Shown: positions 1 through 12,193, numbered from the stretch's first letter. The stretch: DNA of 64,000 nt from Yuukianura sp. NJ FZ-2021 (GCA_046563655.1 CM102286.1:9858001-9922000); one strand, 5' to 3'. Program-made: numbers and translations. The notes: generated from the sequence alone by a model not told the origin.

Positions 1-12
1 GCCAAAAATGAG

Positions 13-747
13 ATGGCAGAACTCCAGCGTCTCATCACCTCTCCACAACACCTCAGCAAGGTCAACCTCTTCTGCATTGGTGAAAGTATCAACTTTCACT
101 TTTCTCCACCCTATGGACCACATCATGGCGGTATTTGGGAAGCAGCCGTGAAAAGTATGAAGACGAACCTTGCCAAGGTCATCCAAGGTCATCACCCTTC
201 CATTGAAGAGTTCGTGACCTTACTAGCCAGAACTTCCGCCAATCTCAATTCCAGACCGCTCACTCCACTCTCCGACTCTCCAGACGACTTCCAGGTCCTT
301 ACACCATTCCACTTTCTCACCCTACGCGGACCTAGAGAAGTGACCGAAGAAGACGTCACTTGGATGAAAACTCACCATTCCCGATGGCAACACGTTCAGC
401 AGATGGCCCAACATTTGTTCAAACGCTGGAGGTTGGATTACCTCCATACTCTCCAGCAAAAGGGAAAGTGGCTCGACTCCAAGCCGAACATCTCCAACGA
501 CATGCTCGTCCTCCTCCACGACTCCGATGCTGCCATTGGACCACAACGCTGGACACTTGGACGGATCGAGGACGTTTTCCCAGGAAAGGACGGTCTTGTG
601 CGCAGCTGCGATGTGCGCATTCCAGTCCCACCGGATCCAGCCAAACCGGATGGAAAACCATTCAAGATTTTCCATCGACCAATTACCAAGCTTTCCCCAC
701 TCCCATTGGACGACAACGTCATCTCCAACTACACCACGCTCCAATAA
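13..747 (+). CDS. BEL/Pao LTR retrotransposon pol C-terminus (integrase core end plus DUF5641-like tail); 5' part is outside the window
   Basis: PPYGPHHGGIWEAAVKSMK, LNSRPLTPLS, LTPFHFL, WxLGRIxxVFPGKDGLVR and RPITKL are characteristic BEL/Pao integrase motifs. Confidence 0.93.
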   Translation: MAELQRLITSPQHLSKVNLFCIGESINFHFSPPYGPHHGGIWEAAVKSMKTNLAKVIQGHHPSIEEFVTLLARTSANLNSRPLTPLSDSPDDFQVLTPFHFLTLRGPREVTEEDVTWMKTHHSRWQHVQQMAQHLFKRWRLDYLHTLQQKGKWLDSKPNISNDMLVLLHDSDAAIGPQRWTLGRIEDVFPGKDGLVRSCDVRIPVPPDPAKPDGKPFKIFHRPITKLSPLPLDDNVISNYTTLQ

Positions 748-1749
748 CTTTAAGTTTTCTTTTCTTTTTCAAATTCGAGTAAAGTAAACACTAGAGTTAC
801 TTTAAATATACTTAAATTTAATTAATTATTTACCTATTTACAAATTTACAAATTTCCCTTTTTCCTAGGGTTGGCTTTTTCTCCAGCACTCCATTTCATT
901 TCCACATTCAATTTTCCATTTTCAAATTTCATTTTCCAAAATCTCTTGGTGGATCTTAAATCCACCAAGGGCCGGGAGTGTTGGAGGAATTGACAAGGCC
1001 AAGCCAATAGCCGCTTGACCTTGGTCAACCCCTCCACTAATTAAATCAAAATTCTTTCTTTTCTCTGAGTCTTACAGGCTCTAAAGCCTGTCATAGTGTC
1101 ATGCCTTGTGACATGATCCATGGCACAAGGTGAGGCATTTTGTGTTCTTGGACTGAAGAGTGACCAAGGTCACTCAGCAGCCCATGTCAAGACTCTCCTG
1201 CCCCACCAACCTCAGTCGGTCTGTAACTCTCCTCCTATCAACTTGTTAGTTGTTACACAGTCTGATTCTCCAATAATTCTAAAATCGAAACAATTGGCTC
1301 CTTCATTTTCTTTCTGTTTTAATAAAAGGGTGAAAGCCCCAAAAAATCCACTTCTCATCTTCACAAAAAAAAAAACTTCCATTCGACCAGAAAATACGTT
1401 TTCCAGTGTGTACAGTTTTATTTCCTGTGTGGAACAAGTTTTAATTAAACGCGACAGGCAATTAAAATGTCAAAGCGTTGATTAGATTTAGTTAACTTTT
1501 ACTTTCGTTTTAAAATATACTTACAAAATTTATTACCAAAACATTACCAACGGACAACTTTACTGTTCATCATCATCAACAATCAGCTGACTACGATTTA
1601 ACTCATGGCACCGTGCAAACGACTATAAGTAAGTTCCGTCTTACATTAGTATTTGTAGTGACACGAAGGTCATAATCATCCAAATTGAAACCAAAAGATA
1701 CTGGCACCAGTTCTGGTATTTATCTAGTTTACTTCCTGATGATGAACCG

Positions 1750-2502
1750 ATGATTTCTTTGGAGAAACCAAATACCAGAGGAACAAAACGTAAAGCTATT
1801 ACTAACTCTGAAACCAACACTCAAAAAGCACTGAAGATGGGTGACACTGACATTGCCTCAATCCTGACTACAATCAAAGATCAAATCAAAGATCTTAGTG
1901 ACCAAGTCAAAACCAATCATGTTGAACTTTCACAGCAATTACAGTCGCTTACATCAGAAGTTACCTCAATCAAGGAAAGAGTTCAAGCAACTGAAAATGA
2001 GCAGAAGTACATAATTCAAAACGTTCAAACACATGACTCAGAAATTGAAAAGCTTCAAATCGCCATTAACAAAACTAACCTCGTGTTGCATGGACTTCAA
2101 CGGTACACGAACGAAACTACAGAATCACTTCTTTCCGGACTCGAAACGATCTTCTCCAATAGTCTCCAAATTACCAATTCGACTTTTGTCTCTGAAGCAT
2201 TTAGACTTGGCAAATCAACCCCTCAAAATCCAAACAAACCTGTCAAAATTATCTTCAAATCGCTTGAAGCTAGAAACATGATCTGGAAGAATCGTGATAA
2301 AATCAAAATTGCACACCCGGGCATCAAAATCACACAAGACCTCCCTTTCAGTACACGACAAAAACTAGCAATCAAATACCGTATGCAAAATACTGGCAAC
2401 GTACACATGAATACTACTACCTCTCAAGCTCCAACTTTCGCTTCCGTTGCTCGAACTTCAGGGTTTGGACGTAGCAGTATTACACCCCGTTCTCCAATCT
2501 GA
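1750..2502 (+). CDS. LINE ORF1 (coiled coil plus RRM-like domain)
   Basis: Heptad-rich N-half, then NLVLHGL...AFRLGK...PVKIIF...ITQDLP, the typical L1/CR1-type ORF1p pattern. Confidence 0.85.
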   Translation: MISLEKPNTRGTKRKAITNSETNTQKALKMGDTDIASILTTIKDQIKDLSDQVKTNHVELSQQLQSLTSEVTSIKERVQATENEQKYIIQNVQTHDSEIEKLQIAINKTNLVLHGLQRYTNETTESLLSGLETIFSNSLQITNSTFVSEAFRLGKSTPQNPNKPVKIIFKSLEARNMIWKNRDKIKIAHPGIKITQDLPFSTRQKLAIKYRMQNTGNVHMNTTTSQAPTFASVARTSGFGRSSITPRSPI

Positions 2503-5426
2503 CTATCAAAACTTGATTACTCCGGTCGAGATCGCGTCAATCAATGCAGAAACCGACTTGCAAGCAGTTCAAACATCAATTCTCCTTGTATTTTAAAAAA
2601 TCGACTCAACATAGCAGCCTTAAATGTCTGTGGCTTCAATTCAAAAGCTGACTTAATAAAAATACTACTTGACATGTATCAGTTTGACGTTCTGTGCATC
2701 ACCGAAACTCATTTGAAAGAAAACAACCCACCAAGGCCTATCGATGGCTATGACTTTCTTCATAAAGGTCGTGACTGGCAAGCAAAAGGAGGAGTCGGAA
2801 TCCTCCTACGATCATCTTTAAAATTTAACGTAAAAAACATTGAATTACCCGAAAACAAGAACATGGAAGTGATCACAGCAAAAATTCAATTAAACTACAA
2901 CAAATCTATATTAATCAGCAGCGTCTACAGAATCCCAAACTACAACCATGCAATCATTGACTGTGACCTTGACACTATTGAGAAACTGTTTAGTGAACTT
3001 AATATTATCAAGAATGCTTCGTTTGTGCTTGGTGACTTTAACCTTAACCCTACTTACATTCCTCAGAGATGTAAACACGGAGTGAAACACCTTAATGCTA
3101 TCTTCAAACAATTAGTTAAACTTCCGACCCGTGGTGACTCTGTTCTGGATTTAATTTTCTGCAATAATCCGGATCTTGTACTTGATGTTCAGATCTTTGA
3201 TCCGTCCATTTCAGATCACAGTGTTACATCGGTGTCTGTGAATCTGTCAAAACCAAAAGTCAAAAAACGACATTCCAATACCATGACTACAAGAACTTTG
3301 ATTTTGAAGAATTTGGATTGAAATCAATTTATACAACATGTGACAATTCAGAAACAGATGATCTTGACTCTCTCTTCACTGCGTCCATGTCAACAATCAA
3401 TTCCAATTTTGAATCTACAGTTAAAGTACGTAAAGTGTCCTTCGTTCCGCGACCACTACCACTCTTACTTTCTGATCACACTAAAACGCTTATGACAGAG
3501 AGACGAAAGTTAGAAAGTATGAAACCGCTGTCCCAGGTCCAGCATGCATATCTGAGAAAACTTACGAAGTCATTGAAGTTAAAAATCGCTCAAGACAGGA
3601 GAGACGCTCTCAACCTTGACATAAAAAAGCTTGGCCCATTCAAAGCGATTGCAAAGATTCGTTCACCAGCGAATTCAAAAAATCAAGTTCTCCAGTTCTC
3701 CGCCGACGAAATTAATGACTATTTCACTTCAATTACCACACCTCAATTTGTTTCTACTCTTTTACCAAAGAAACCGGATCTCATCATCACACCCGCTGAT
3801 CAGTTTAGTTTCTCTAACGTAACCTCTTCAATGTTCAAGCAAACTTGGAAGAATCTAAAAAACAAAAATAGCAAAAGCAAAGACCAATTTGGAATGTCAA
3901 ACTGGATTTTAACACACTGCCTTGGATCACCAAATATTGAAAAACAAATTATTTACCTTATCAACAAAACGCTGAGAAGTGGAACTTTCCCTAAATGTCT
4001 CAAACATTCATCGGTAATACCACTACCTAAAGTGCCCAAACCTTCACATCCAAACGAAACTCGTCCAATCTCACTACAGCCAGTAATTGCGAAATTATGC
4101 GAAAAGTTCGCACTAAATCAGTTGAAACAATTCTTCAATCGCCACAGTTTACTCAATAGTGCCCAATTCGGTTTTCGTGATCATCATTCTACCACAATGG
4201 CACAAATAGCCCTCACCGAACTAATTTATAACCATCTAAATCGTGGTGATTTGTGTATGATTATTTCAATAGATTTAAAGAAAGCCTTCGACAGTGTAAA
4301 CAAAGGCATTCTTTGTGAAAAACTGAGATGGTACAACGTTTCACCTTCGTGGTTTCAATCATATTTAAATGACAGATCTCAGAGTGTAAGGATAAATGGT
4401 GAGACTTCACAATCCAGAGAAACCATTTTGTCAGTTCCTCAAGGCTCAGTACTGGGTCCGTTCCTGTTCTCCATTATGATAAACGATCTCCCACTTGCAG
4501 TTAAAGACGGAGTACCAGTGCTTTTCGCGGATGACAACAACATCGTTATGGGAAGCCCGCCAGACCAGTTTCATCAATTAATCAGAAGAGCTGAAGAAAC
4601 AATTTCCTCCATAACCTCCTGGACTAATCACAACCACATGGGTCTGCAGTTAGAGAAAACAAAAGTGCTTCTTATTGGGAAAGCAAGCCAAATAACAAGT
4701 ATTGGTCGAATTCAACTCAAAGTAGGTGAAACCGAAATTGAGAACGTCGATTCTTTTAAAACGCTCGGCTTGATACTGGACAACACTCTTTCATGGACTG
4801 AACACATAACCAGTGTTGTTAAAAAATGTAACAAAATACTGTGGTCTCTTCATCCAATTCAACACCTATTGTCGCTCCAGAACAGAAAACTAATGATCAG
4901 CGCCTACATCTATCCAGTAATACGTTATTTAATAGTACTTTGGTCAAAAGCGAAGCACTACAAATTCAACTATGTCAACAAAACGTTTCGACGATGTATC
5001 CGTTACATTTTCGGATTAAAAAAACGTGACTGTGTGAATTCGTCGGTCCAAGAGTTAAATTGGCTTTTACCTCACTACTTAAGCGCTATGGATCACCTAC
5101 TCATCTACTCTTCAATTATTGAGCACAATATCCCTTATTTCAGCTCCATGCAAAATGAAATCGAGGCTTATTCAGAAAACACTACCTCAACAAGAAGTGG
5201 AACGTATATTGTCCATAACCGTAAATATCATCCTAAGTCGTTCATCGCAGCAGTGTCAAAAATCTTAAACTCACTATCCGAAGAACATAAACTACTAGTA
5301 ACTCACCCTAAACCCACCAGTAGGGGTAAATTGACAACTTTCTTTTTAAATGTGCAACTACAATCAACTTCCTCAAAACACCATGACGATTCGGACCAAT
5401 ATTCCAGTGACTGTGATTCGTCATGA
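2503..5426 (+). CDS. LINE ORF2, AP endonuclease plus reverse transcriptase, with one frameshift near 3262-3267
   Basis: APE motifs LNIAALNVCG, LCITETHL, GGVGI, VLGDFN, LDLIF and SDH; RT motifs RPISL, QFGFR, DLKKAFD, VPQGSVLGP and FADD. The frame switches at an A6 run (PKVK -> TTFQYHDYKNFD). Confidence 0.92.
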
Positions 5427-6111
5427 TTATTTTAAACTTTAAACTTTAAGTTACGACTTTAAATATTTTAAACTCCAACTTACTTCGATCTTTAATCTTA
5501 AAACCTTAATTCTAATTATTTTCTTAACATACTTTTAACTCACCTAACTTCGTTATTTTTAATTCCTTGTCTACACTTAAAACTCAAAACTTTTCATATC
5601 AAATAAGCAATATTACATAAGACGCCATGGTATAATGACCTGTCAACAGGGCACCATTTGGTCAAATAAAATTCAAATTCAAATTCAAATTCATCTTGTT
5701 CGTTTTCACCCACGTTCTTTCTCAAATTACCAATCGGAGTTTGCTTAGAACTCCGACAAGCGCCACCACCCAAAATGAGCCTCCATCTAAACGCGCCTAA
5801 CAAACAAACGCAGCCACCCAAAAAGCGCCACCATCCAAAATAGTGCGACGATCCACCTCTAGCTCCAATTAAATACCAGGTATATTTGGTTTCATTTAAT
5901 TACAAGTTGGAGGTCCCCAACATGGGTAGTTATCCGCAACCTAAGGCGTCTAGTCTCCTGCGAAGTACGCGCGGTGTTAGGTTTTTAAATTCCCAATACT
6001 GATTGTAATTACGTCTCGAGAGTTTAGATTGGGCAGGGTAGGTTTTTTAAAGTTCGCAATACTGATTACTTCGCGAGGGGTTCTGTTTAGGTTTGTTTAG
6101 TGTTAATGGTG

Positions 6112-6960
6112 GTGTTTAATTGGATTTCGAGGCACTAGAAGAATTAAACCGTTCCCGCCCGTTTGGGAGAATTCTGAAGGATTTTATTGTGAACTACATT
6201 TCTAAAGTATACTTTTATTTCTCTAAATTTTTTCTGTTAACCCCACAAGCAAATGATGCGCTATAAGCTCTGGTTGCTGTTGTTTTAGTTTTGCAGGGAT
6301 GACACAAATCTTAGATTTCAAAAGTGAGCCGTGAAGGTCGCAGTAAATTAAACTATATGTAGTTCCGCCAAATTTGTGTTTGCCTTGACGATTTTTTTTC
6401 AATTTTTAATCATCGTAAGGAAGAAGTATCCAATACCTAGGTGTTTTATTTTTTTTAATATATACTAAATCAGCTAAGCTTAAGCTACAATTGTAGCTTC
6501 ATCAAATTACATTACGGAACCACAACTTTTCATGCTTATCGTTTCCAAGTTCTTTTGACTAGTCAGCAATTCACACAATCCTACCCTGACCGTTTTATAA
6601 CTACACACTACGTTGCATAGTTATTTTCTAAAAAAAAAATATTTGTGCTGGACGGATAGCAACGCAACGTCGTGAAATGTCTCCTCATATTTTGTCGATA
6701 TATATACTTATCCATTTTAGTATTTGGGGTGAAGACCATGAGAAAGCGAGAATCTACATCGTAATAAAGCCATTATGCTGAAAATTAGCGAAATGTTGCG
6801 CAATTTCCAAATTCACTTTTCCAAGCATCATCCTGCGATTTTGCCTACAGCGAAACTTTACTTTAAGGACTGCAACAAGAGGAATTGGGTATACATTTAC
6901 CAGATGTAACTGCATAAGATGCAGTCACCAATTCATTTTTCAAGTAGCACCGCATATATA
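6112..6960 (+). repeat. Copy A (left half) of a duplicated non-coding host segment; paralogs at 45835-47810 and 50077-51325
   Basis: Long colinear matches, e.g. gatgacacaaatcttagatttcaaaa, tatgtagttccgccaaatttgtgt, gcaacaagaggaattgggtata, present in all three copies. Confidence 0.9.
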
Positions 6961-7204
6961 TTTTTGACGAAATATATTTTAAAACTTTGGTACGTCAAGC
7001 TTAGGTTAAGGCTTTGGTTAGGCCAGTTAACAAACAGGGTGTCGTTGGTTTAAACCACTTGGTTTTTTTAAAAACCATTGATTTAAATCAAGCTTATTTA
7101 ACTCGAAATTTTGTTTATTTTTGCTTACAGCAAATATCTCCTATTTATCTCCTTACGTCATTTGTATATATTTTCGCTATAACGTCATTTGTATATATTT
7201 TCGC

Positions 7205-9325
7205 CATAGCAATCTTGAGGTAACATCGAGTTCCCATTGTGATATACAGACTTGAAGCCAAGTGAGAGCGTTTACGAACGAAAAGTTAAAGCAGAATCGA
7301 CTGCTGTGAAGGCAAGCGTTAAGAACGTTAAAGTGGTACAATTATAGTCATAGTCTTGAGTCTGCCATTTAAATGCAAAGTTGAGGTATCAAAATATACC
7401 AACTTCCGGAAACGTGCACCAGGAGTTTGTTGGTAATTCATAAGATCAGAATTATGACGCATCGGTATGAGCCAATATTTGAGGGAACACCGAATTCCCA
7501 TTGTGATGTACAGACTTGAAGCCAAGTGAGAGCGTTTGCAGTACGAACGAAAAGTTAAAGCAGAATCGACTGCTGTGAAGGCAAGCGTTAAGAACGTTAA
7601 AGTGGTACAGCTATAGTCATAGTCTTTAGTCTGCCATTTAAATGCAAAGTTGAGGTATCAAAATATACCAACTTCCGGAAAAGTGCACCAGGACTTTGTT
7701 TGTAATTCATAAGATCAGAATTATGAGGCATCGGTATGAGCCTATATTTTAGGTAACATCGAATTCCCATTGTGATGTACAGACTTGAAACCAAGTGAGA
7801 GCGTTTGCAGTACGAACGAAAAGTTAAAGCAGAATCGACTGCTGTGAAGGCAAGCGTTAAGAACGTTAAAGTGGTACAATTATAGTCATAGTCTTGAGTC
7901 TGCCATTTAAATGCAAAGTTGAGGTATCAAAATATACCAACTTCCGGAAACGTGCACCAGGACTTTGTTGGTAATTCATAAGATCAGAATTATGACGCAT
8001 CGGTATGAGCCAATATTTGAGGGAACACCGAATTCCCATTGTGATGTACAGACTTGAAGCCAAGTGAGAGCGTTTGCAGTACGAACGAAAAGTTAAAGCA
8101 GAATCGACTGCTGTGAAGGCAAGCGTTAAGAACGTTAAAGTGGTACAATTATAGTCATAGTCTTGAGTCTGCCATTTAAATGCAAAGTTGAGGTATCAAA
8201 ATATACCAACTTCCGGAAACGTGCACCAGGACTTTGTTGGTAATTCATAAGATCAGAATTATGACGCATCGGTATGAGCCAATATTTGAGGGAACACCGA
8301 ATTCCCATTGTGATGTACAGACTTGAAGCCAAGTGAGAGCGTTTGCAGTACGAACGAAAAGTTAAAGCAGAATCGACTGCTGTGAAGGCAAGCGTTAAGA
8401 ACGTTAAAGTGGTACAGCTATAGTCATAGTCTTTAGTCTGCCATTTAAATGCAAAGTTGAGGTATCAAAATATACCAACTTCCGGAAAAGTGCACCAGGA
8501 CTTTGTTTGTAATTCATAAGATCAGAATTATGACGCATCGGTATGAGCCTATATTTTAGGTAACATCGAATTCCCATTGTGATGTACAGACTTGAAGCCA
8601 AGTGAGAGCGTTTGCAGTACGAACGAAAAGTTAAAGCAGAATCGACTGCTGTGAAGGCAAGCGTTAAGAACGTTAAAGTGGTACAGCTATAGTCATAGTC
8701 TTGAGTCTGCCATTTAAATGCAAAGTTGAGGTATCAAAATATACCAACTTCCGGAAACGTGCACCAGGAGTTTGTTGGTAATTCATAAGATCAGAATTAT
8801 GACGCATCGGTATGAGCCAATATTTGAGGGAACACCGAATTCCCATTGTGATGTACAGACTTGAAGCCAAGTGAGAGCGTTTGCAGTACGAACGAAAAGT
8901 TAAAGCAGAATCGACTGCTGTGAAGGCAAGCGTTAAGAACGTTAAAGTGGTACAGCTATAGTCATAGTCTTGAGTCTGCCATTTAAATGCAAAGTTGAGG
9001 TATCAAAATATACCAACTTCCGGAAAAGTGCACCAGGACTTTGTTTGTAATTCATAAGATCAGAATTATGACGCATCGGTATGAGCCAATATTTGATGGA
9101 ACACCGAATTCCCATAGTGATGTACAGACTTGAAGCCAAGTGAGATCGTTTGCAGTACGAACGAAAAGTTAAAGCAGAATCGACTGCTGTGAAGGCAAGC
9201 GTTAAGAACGTTAAAGTGGTACAGCTGTAGTCATAGTCTTGAGTCTGTCATTTAAATACAAAGTTGAGGTATCAAAATATACCAACTTCCGTAAAAGTGC
9301 ATCAGGAGTATGTTGGTAATTCATT
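7205..9325. repeat. Tandem satellite, 269-bp unit, about 7.8 copies
   Basis: Near-identical ORF-track hits recur every 269 bp (7328, 7597, 7866, 8135, 8404, 8673, 8942). A single diverged partial unit lies at 10570-10745. Confidence 0.97.
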
Positions 9326-9543
9326 CCGGAAAAGGAATACCAACAAATATAAGCAAATAGTGCTGCTGCTGTGCTGTTGCCGTGGCATTCCCGTGCTTTG
9401 CATTGTTAGCATCCTAACTTCCCAATTTTTTGAGCAAGCACAACATGCTCTCTGCTTACCGTGCTCATGCTCTGCGCGAATTTCTTGCAGCAAGTTAGGG
9501 TCGGATCGGTAAGTTACGAGAGGAAAAATCGTTCTCAAGCAAA

Positions 9544-9665
9544 ATGGCTCCATCAAAGTTACAATTGGCCGTACGTTTGCTTGTGTTGCGCCGTATTCGA
9601 AACAAAGTGATTCAAAGGAAGAAAAGAAGGTCAGAGTACATTCGGCCCATTTTTTTGAACCGATT
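9544..9665 (+). pseudogene. N-terminal stub of a Harbinger-type transposase
   Basis: MAPSKLQLAVRLLVLRRIRNKVIQRKKRRSEYIRPIFLNR resembles the basic RRRxWVRPxxxxR leader of Harbinger transposases; it is convergent with the MADF ORF. Confidence 0.5.
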
Positions 9666-10090
9666 GGCAGCATTGGCGTGGTTGAACATCCAGTTGGCGC
9701 AGGCTCAGTGCCATGTTCATTTGAGACAGTATCCACTCCATCCATTACACCAACTTCGTAAAGTTCTTGAGATTCGAAAATTGGGAGGCTTTCTGTATCC
9801 AAATTTGTCAAAGAGTTCTCTTCTGGTTCACCGATCTCCACCAAAAATTTCATGGCCTCTTCATGACGAAAATACGGTCTTCGCCCATTGGCACTACCAG
9901 ATGGGTTAAAAATTGAAACTTTATTACCAGAAATTCCAAGAGACTCTCCCACTTCCTTCCATGCATTTTCTCGGAGAATTTTATTTTTGTATGTATCACT
10001 GGATTTGTCCCAGGGACACAACCTGTCCCTAACCCCATCAATGAGCCGGTGTTCCAGCTCCACCGAACCTGTGCTAAATCCTTCAGCCAT
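9660..10090 (-). pseudogene. MADF/Myb-SANT-like DNA-binding protein fragment (Harbinger accessory ORF)
   Basis: LIDGVRDRLCPWDKSSDTYKNKILRENAWKEVGESLG...SGS...AMKFL matches the MADF pattern; the middle of the domain is missing. Confidence 0.8.
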
Positions 10091-10391
10091 GATGCTTGAT
10101 GTTATCAAAACTAACTTTGATCAGAAAACGAACAATTGTTTCCAAAAAAGCAAGTTTGCTCTGCTCGTGCTTCTTCAATAATTGCTTCCATCCCTACTTT
10201 CAAAAGAGCACGGCAAGAGCAGGAGCACGGTAAGCAAAACGGGAAGTTAGGATGCATTTCCTTGCTCTGTCGTTGCATTGCCAAAGCACGGCACGTGCAA
10301 GGCACAAGTAAGTTAGGATCGGTGATTTTTAACAAAAACAGCGCAGCAAAGCATCGTCAAGGCAGCAGCACGGTAAGTCCGTACCGAGCGT

Positions 10392-10745
10392 TAGGTTAGG
10401 CTAGTTAACAAACAGGGTGTCGCTGGTTTAAACCAGTTGGTTTAAACCACTTGGTTTTTTTTAAACCATTGGTTTAAATCAAGCTTGTTTAACTCGAAAT
10501 TTTGTTTATTTTTGCTTAGAGCAAATATCTCCTATACATCTCTTTACGCCATTTGTATATATTTTGGCTATAGCAATCTTGATGTAACATCGAATTCCCA
10601 TTGTGATGCACACACTTGAAGCCAAGTGAGAGCGTTTGCAGTACGGACGAAAAGTTAGGGCAGTGTCGACTGCTGTGAAGGCAAGCGTTAAAAACGTTAA
10701 AGTGGTACAGTATGGTCACAGTCTTGTGTCTGCCATTTAAATTTA
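10392..10745 (+). repeat. Second copy of the hAT-like left end (duplicate of ~7017-7375)
   Basis: gttaacaaacagggtgtcg...actcgaaattttgtttatttttgctta...cttgaagccaagtgagagcgtttgcagtac is shared with 7017-7375. Confidence 0.9.
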
Positions 10746-10773
10746 TGTCAATTTGTGCATATTTTTTCTGAAG

Positions 10774-12193
10774 GAAATTCATAACAGCCCGAAGTTCTTT
10801 AGCGGAGTTATTGGCGTTAGTCGGTTTGATGTTAAACAAGGAGAATTAGGTTAAAAATGTTAAAATGTTAAAACATGGTTAAAAATTAGTTGAAATGTTA
10901 AACTAACAATTTTTTAGGAGATTGTTACCTTCTTGCTGCCATTGCCAACTTGACCTTGCACTCTGCCCTTTTCCACCGTGTCGTGCCTGAAGACAATGCA
11001 GAGGACTTGAAGGACGGGAAAGAATATGCTGGAATCTGCCACTTCAAGTAATCAAGAATTACTTTAACTAATTAATTAATTACTCTGACTAATTATTTTT
11101 ACTAACTTTTTATTGTAGTTTCTGTGACATGAGTGGTAACTGGACAGAAGTTATCATTGACGACCGCCTTCCGACTACAGTAGACGGACGCCTTATTTTC
11201 ATGACCTCAGCAGACACTGACGAATTCTGGAGCTGCTTACTGGAGAAAGCTTTTGCCAAGTAAAATTCAATATTTTTCAGCCGTGACCTTTGACCTTGCC
11301 AATTTCAGATTCCTCGGGGGGTATGAGAAGTTGGACCAAGGGGGTAACCCTGGAGTGGCCATGCAACACTTCACAGGCGGATCCACTGAAAACATCAACT
11401 TGAAAATGGACATTTCTGCCTTGTTCCAAGCAATGGACTCTGCTCTAAAGGCGGGAAACATGGTTTCAGCTGCTACTGTACAACTTGTACGTTTTTTTAA
11501 ACTTGTGAAATAGAAAAAGCAAAAGTTGTTACTTTTGGTGACCTTTGACAGTTTGGTGACCTTTGACCTCTCTTTAGCCTAGAGACAGGGGACAAGGTCT
11601 GGTCGGTGGACATGCCTATTCGATTACAGGAGTGAAGCGTTTGATTCTTCGGAGCAGAGGGACAGTGATGCTAGTTCGACTACGAAATCGGTCGAGGTAA
11701 ACTTTAACGACCGTCATTGTAGCCGCACAGTGTAGCCACTCTGCCATTTTTAGTGGCTACAATGGGTGGCTACACCGGTGCGGCAACTTAAGTAGCCGCT
11801 TTAACCTAACCTAACCTAACCTAAAGTGGCAACTTAAGTTGCCACACAGTGTAGCTACCCATTGTACCACTAAAAAGGGCGGTGTGGCTACACTGTGCGG
11901 CCACATTGACGGTCGTTAAAGTTTACCTCAACCACGAAATCCGTGGGAAAATGGGACTGAATGGACTGGAGAATGGCGGGATAGGTAAAGTCATTGACCT
12001 TTGACATTTCCACTCTTAATTAATGTTGGATTAATCGATTAACTTAAATCTCAAGACACCCCTTGTGGACAAGCGGACTCGGAAGGACTTTGAACTGATC
12101 TTTGAAGAAGATGAAGAATTTTGGTTCCCGCTGAAAGAATTCAAAAAATATTTTCATCTTCTGCAAATCTGCTACATCAATTCTACCGTCTAA
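10774..12193 (+). pseudogene. Calpain catalytic-domain (CysPc) gene, multi-exon, 5'-truncated and MITE-disrupted
   Basis: Spliced translation [32 protein letters not shown]|..[36 protein letters not shown]|..GLVGGHAYSITG..VRLRN[MITE]PW..EWTGEWRD|..EFW. The Cys, His and Asn triad and GT-AG introns are visible; there is a frameshift in the last exon. Confidence 0.92.
11690..11933. mobile_element. 244-bp foldback MITE with 8-bp TSD
   Basis: TIRs ggtcgaggtaaactttaacgaccgtca / tgacggtcgttaaagtttacctcaacc; TSD ACGAAATC at 11682-11689 and 11934-11941; palindromic body with a central (TAACC)n. Confidence 0.95.

Larger units (their letters stand above)
1362..5690 (+). mobile_element. Near full-length APE-type non-LTR retrotransposon (CR1/L2-group-like LINE)
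   Basis: ORF1 plus APE-RT ORF2; AATAAA followed by an (ATTCAA)n tail at 5665-5690; candidate TSD TCATCTT at 1355-1361 and 5691-5697. Confidence 0.88.
979..5922 (+). mobile_element. 3' LTR of the BEL/Pao element (~0.6 kb when rejoined), interrupted by a LINE
   Basis: A purine-rich PPT (aagggccgggag) is followed by TGTTGG at 979. The matching inverted end CCAACA lies at 5917-5922, with a LINE between the two halves. Confidence 0.8.
9360..10390. mobile_element. Internally deleted PIF/Harbinger-type element
   Basis: Inverted subterminal motifs (gtgctgctgc/gcagcagcac; gcatcctaacttccc/gggaagttaggatgc; tgcttaccgtgctc/gagcacggtaagca). The right end is followed by TTA. It carries a convergent MADF ORF and a transposase-like N-terminus. 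Confidence 0.72.

Noticed and set aside
3255..3325. Programmed frameshift between APE and RT
   Set aside because: A single-base indel in an A6 run explains it; LINE ORF2 is normally continuous.
7328..9139. Seven repeated 65-aa minus-strand ORFs
   Set aside because: By-products of the 269-bp satellite; non-ATG starts and no recognisable domain.
9302..9660. C-terminal half of the 268-aa MADF ORF
   Set aside because: Runs antisense through the transposase stub and terminal repeats after an internal deletion; not a real domain.
11800..11825. Interstitial telomere
   Set aside because: Only about four TAACC units, and they form the centre of a MITE.
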